64,000 nucleotides of DNA from Candidatus Omnitrophota bacterium. Lineage in GTDB: Bacteria > Omnitrophota > Gorgyraeia > Duberdicusellales > 4484-171. The DNA lies in NCBI GenBank assembly GCA_046484225.1, contig JAWOBO010000062.1:934-64933 (forward strand), written 5' to 3'. The notes beneath the pieces were generated by a model that saw only the letters and a program-made list of their open reading frames with translations, was not told the DNA's origin and did no database searches. Numbering within the stretch: position 1 is the first letter of the stretch; each line of letters begins with the position of its first letter. Positions 61,267 to 64,000 of the stretch are shown piece by piece. The position numbers and the translations under genes were made by a program.

Positions 61267-61716
61267 TTATTTCCTAACAACCCATAATCGTAGGCTGGCT
61301 TCTAGGTCTTTATCTATTTTTACAGGAAGCTTGTAAACACCTAACTTATTAATAGGTTCTTGCAAGGACAGCTTTCCTTTGGGTAGTTCTATTTCTTCTT
61401 TTTCTTTTAAAAGTTTTATGATTTGTGCTTCGCCGATATTACCATAAAGATAATCATCTTCTTTTGCTTCTGTAGCAACTGTCAAAGATAAACCATCGAG
61501 TTTGTCTTTTAAGGCAACTAAACTCTGTTTTTGCTTTTCTTCTTTTTTGTTTCTTTCCTTTTTTAACTGATCAACTTTTTTTAAATTTGCTTTTGTAGCC
61601 GGCAAGGCTAACTTGTTAGGAATAAGATAGTTACGGCCATAGCCATCTTTGACTTCCACCAAATCCCCTTCTTTGCCTAATTTTTCCATATTATTATCTA
61701 AAAGGATAACTTTCAT
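61267..61716 (-). CDS. rplI: 50S ribosomal protein L9
   Basis: MKVILL, VKDGYGRNYLIP, LYG. Confidence 0.96.
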   Translation of the reverse strand: MKVILLDNNMEKLGKEGDLVEVKDGYGRNYLIPNKLALPATKANLKKVDQLKKERNKKEEKQKQSLVALKDKLDGLSLTVATEAKEDDYLYGNIGEAQIIKLLKEKEEIELPKGKLSLQEPINKLGVYKLPVKIDKDLEASLRLWVVRK

Positions 61717-61731
61717 TAGACCCGACCCCCC

Positions 61732-61974
61732 TTACTTAACTACATAAGGTACCAAATTCAAGAATCTTGCTCTTTGGACCTCTTTAGTTAGCTTACGTTG
61801 ATGTTTTGCACAAACTCCTGTAATTCGGCGAGATTTTATTTTACCGCGATTAGTAAGATATCTTTTTATCAAATCTACATCTTTATAATCAATCTCTAAT
61901 CCTTTTTTACAAAATATACAATTTTTTTTAAAACGAGTTATCTTTTGTCTATTTTTTTTACTTTTTTTAGCCAT
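61732..61974 (-). CDS. rpsR: 30S ribosomal protein S18
   Basis: CIFC, IDYKD, GKI..RRITG, HQR. Confidence 0.96.
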   Translation of the reverse strand: MAKKSKKNRQKITRFKKNCIFCKKGLEIDYKDVDLIKRYLTNRGKIKSRRITGVCAKHQRKLTKEVQRARFLNLVPYVVK

Positions 61975-61975
61975 A

Positions 61976-62398
61976 TTATATCGCTTCTCCTAAATTATTA
62001 TCCTCATCTTCTAAATTAACTACCTTTTCAGTATCTTTTTTTTCTGGTTCGCGTTGATTTTGAGAGCCTCCTTGTGGCATAAATTGTATATTAGTTGCCA
62101 CCACCTCAATAACATTTCTTTTCTGGCCTTGTTGATTTTCCCAGCTGCGAAACTGCAATCTTCCTTCAACCAAAACTAGCCTTCCCTTTTGAAGATATTG
62201 GTTGGAGACCTCCGCCATTTGGCCCCAGACAACAACATTTACAAAGCAAGTATCTTTTTGACTTTGACCATCTTTAGACTTATAAACCCGATTAACTGCC
62301 AATCCAAGAGTTGCAACCGGAGTTCCTCCGGGAGTATAACGTAACTCAGGATCTCTGGTTAGATTACCTAATAAAAATACCTTATTTAAACTCGCCAT
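61976..62398 (-). CDS. ssb: Single-stranded DNA-binding protein
   Basis: [29 protein letters not shown]; rpsF-ssb-rpsR order. Confidence 0.96.
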   Translation of the reverse strand: MASLNKVFLLGNLTRDPELRYTPGGTPVATLGLAVNRVYKSKDGQSQKDTCFVNVVVWGQMAEVSNQYLQKGRLVLVEGRLQFRSWENQQGQKRNVIEVVATNIQFMPQGGSQNQREPEKKDTEKVVNLEDEDNNLGEAI

Positions 62399-62432
62399 CT
62401 TTTATCCCCCTTATTTAACTACAAGTAAATCT

Positions 62433-62515
62433 CCGAATATACGAATTAATTACGAATTTACAAATTTTTCTATATTTTTATTCGTATATTCGTAAAGATT
62501 AGTAAATTCGTTGAT
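62433..62515. repeat. Inverted short-repeat element family D (ACGAAT/ATTCGT), full copy
   Basis: About four CGAAT-like units then about four ATTCGT-like units filling rpsF-ssb spacer. Confidence 0.82.
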
Positions 62516-62520
62516 AATAA

Positions 62521-62874
62521 TTATTTAGCTTGTGCTTTCTCCTGTCCTATCTTAATCTTATCACTCTCTTTATTCAAAATAAGGCTTCTTAAAATACTTT
62601 CTTCAAGCTTTATAGTTTCTTTTAAATCATCAAGGTTTTCTGTCGATAAAATAAACTCGATCAACCAATAAGAACCCTTATAATATTTCGTCCGCTGAGC
62701 TCCTTTGCTTCTTAAAAAATAATGAAAATCTCTTAAGCTCCGCCATACAACAGATTTTTTTACCTGTCCTTTTAGTTCTTTAATTTTTTCCCCAATACTA
62801 CCGGCAATCTTTTCTCGATCCGGCTCTGGTAAGTCAGGCCGTAAAATAAGCATACATTCATAATTACGCTCCAT
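62521..62874 (-). CDS. rpsF: 30S ribosomal protein S6
   Basis: RNYECMLILRPD, G.Y, ILR; upstream of ssb. Confidence 0.88.
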   Translation of the reverse strand: MERNYECMLILRPDLPEPDREKIAGSIGEKIKELKGQVKKSVVWRSLRDFHYFLRSKGAQRTKYYKGSYWLIEFILSTENLDDLKETIKLEESILRSLILNKESDKIKIGQEKAQAK

Positions 62875-62898
62875 ATTTTCCTCCCATTGAAAATGAAA

Positions 62899-63477
62899 TT
62901 ATTTAGCGAATACCTTTATCGTCTTTTCTTTCTTTTCCTTAAACCAATCCAATGAAACTTCTACTGCCTTTGTGAGAACTTCTCTAAGTTGTTTTTTTTC
63001 TTCGCCTGAAAAATTAGATAAAACATATTCAGTAAGAGGCAACTGAAGCTGCCCCCTTCTAAGAGCTGGCCTACCGATCCCAACTTTTAGACGATTGATA
63101 TCTTTTGTTCCCAAAATATCAATAATCGAGGCTATACCTCTATGGCCTCCTGAAGAACCACTTTTTTTAATTCGTAAAGTTCCAAAATCTAGGTCAGCAT
63201 CATCGTAAACAACTAATAAATTTTGAACTGGAACTTTATATTTCGCTAAAACTCTATTTAGACAAAAACCAGAATTATTCATATAGGTTTTAGGCTTAAC
63301 CAACAAAAAATAATCTGAATCTATTCTTAGTTCACCTAACCAGGCTCTTTGACGGATAGTTCTCTTTAATTTTACTTTATATCTATAAGCCAGTTGGTCA
63401 ACTACTTTAAAACCTATATTATGTCTATTTTCAGAATAGTTTTTCCCTGGATTACCTAAACCAACTATAACCTTCAA
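62899..63477 (-). CDS. pth: Peptidyl-tRNA hydrolase
   Basis: VGLGNPG, RHNIGF, KPKTYMNNSG, GGHRG; TTG start. Confidence 0.95.
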   Translation of the reverse strand: MKVIVGLGNPGKNYSENRHNIGFKVVDQLAYRYKVKLKRTIRQRAWLGELRIDSDYFLLVKPKTYMNNSGFCLNRVLAKYKVPVQNLLVVYDDADLDFGTLRIKKSGSSGGHRGIASIIDILGTKDINRLKVGIGRPALRRGQLQLPLTEYVLSNFSGEEKKQLREVLTKAVEVSLDWFKEKKEKTIKVFAK

Positions 63478-63503
63478 TTTTAACAGAACTTCCTTTTCAA
63501 ACT

Positions 63504-64000
63504 TTACTCTTTAGCTTCTTTTTTTCCACCTTCTTCTTTTGATTCTTTTTGGGGCTGTTTGCCTTCTCCTTCACCCTCTCCTTCAGCTTCTTCTTTCTTT
63601 TCTTTTATAACTTCAGGTTCTGTAGGTGCTTCTTCAACTAGCTCTTCTTCTTCCTCTTCTTCTTCTTTCTTAACCACCAATGTTGCAACAGTAGATTCAG
63701 GCTCAGTTATAATTGTAATATCAGCAGGAGGCCTAAGGTCAGCAACATGAAGCGAATGGCCAATCTCAAGATTAGATATATCGACTTCAATATCTTCGGG
63801 GATACTTAAAGGAAGGCCTTCTACCTCTATCTCTCTTAATATTTGCTCAAGCACAGCACCTTCTTCTTTTCCCTTGGCTTCTCCTTTTAAAACAACTGGA
63901 ATATGAACAGTAATTTTTTCTTTCAATGACACCTTGAGCAAATCCAGATGAATCACTTCATCTGTCAAGGGGTGATATTGAACATCTTTAACTAATACCG
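63504..64000 (-). CDS. rplY: 50S ribosomal protein L25/Ctc, 5' end outside window
   Basis: KDVQYHP..IHLD, IPEDIEVDIS.L.IG, EPEVI, acidic tail; upstream of pth. Confidence 0.93.
   Translation of the reverse strand, partial: VLVKDVQYHPLTDEVIHLDLLKVSLKEKITVHIPVVLKGEAKGKEEGAVLEQILREIEVEGLPLSIPEDIEVDISNLEIGHSLHVADLRPPADITIITEPESTVATLVVKKEEEEEEEELVEEAPTEPEVIKEKKEEAEGEGEGEGKQPQKESKEEGGKKEAKE

Noticed and set aside
298-63750. Numerous short plus-strand and alternate-frame ORFs in the ORF track
   Set aside because: They overlap well-supported minus-strand genes and show no recognisable motifs; treated as shadow ORFs.

Overview
AT-rich bacterial chromosomal core region. Gene order and content suggest a PVC-superphylum organism, most likely Candidatus Omnitrophota (inference, no database check). 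Almost every gene is on the minus strand. In transcription order: rplY(partial)-pth-rpsF-ssb-rpsR-rplI-dnaB-bamA-skp-lpxD-lpxC/fabZ-lpxA-lpxI-TPR/SpoIID-YdjM-like; an inverted two-gene cassette (GT2 glycosyltransferase plus SPL-family radical SAM); hemW; tRNA-Thr-rpmG-tRNA-Trp-secE-nusG-rplKAJL-rpoBC-str-S10-spc-alpha super-operon (no rpmD, map or infA); a metabolic block (aminotransferase, two-subunit aconitase-family enzyme split by pilT, IDH, MDH, ArgA-type GNAT, acyl-CoA dehydrogenase, aroK); dprA-topA-xerC-waaA-lpxK; and a lipid A acyltransferase::ELM1-like fusion running off the left edge. No CRISPR array, prophage or transposase was seen. The most unusual signal is non-coding: most intergenic spacers longer than about 40 bp hold a short palindromic or 7-9-nt-period repeat element. 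About a dozen families are present, several in multiple copies, many directly behind stop codons, and several carry GNA-triloop DNA mini-hairpins. Several large-subunit ribosomal proteins also carry long charged insertions or tails.
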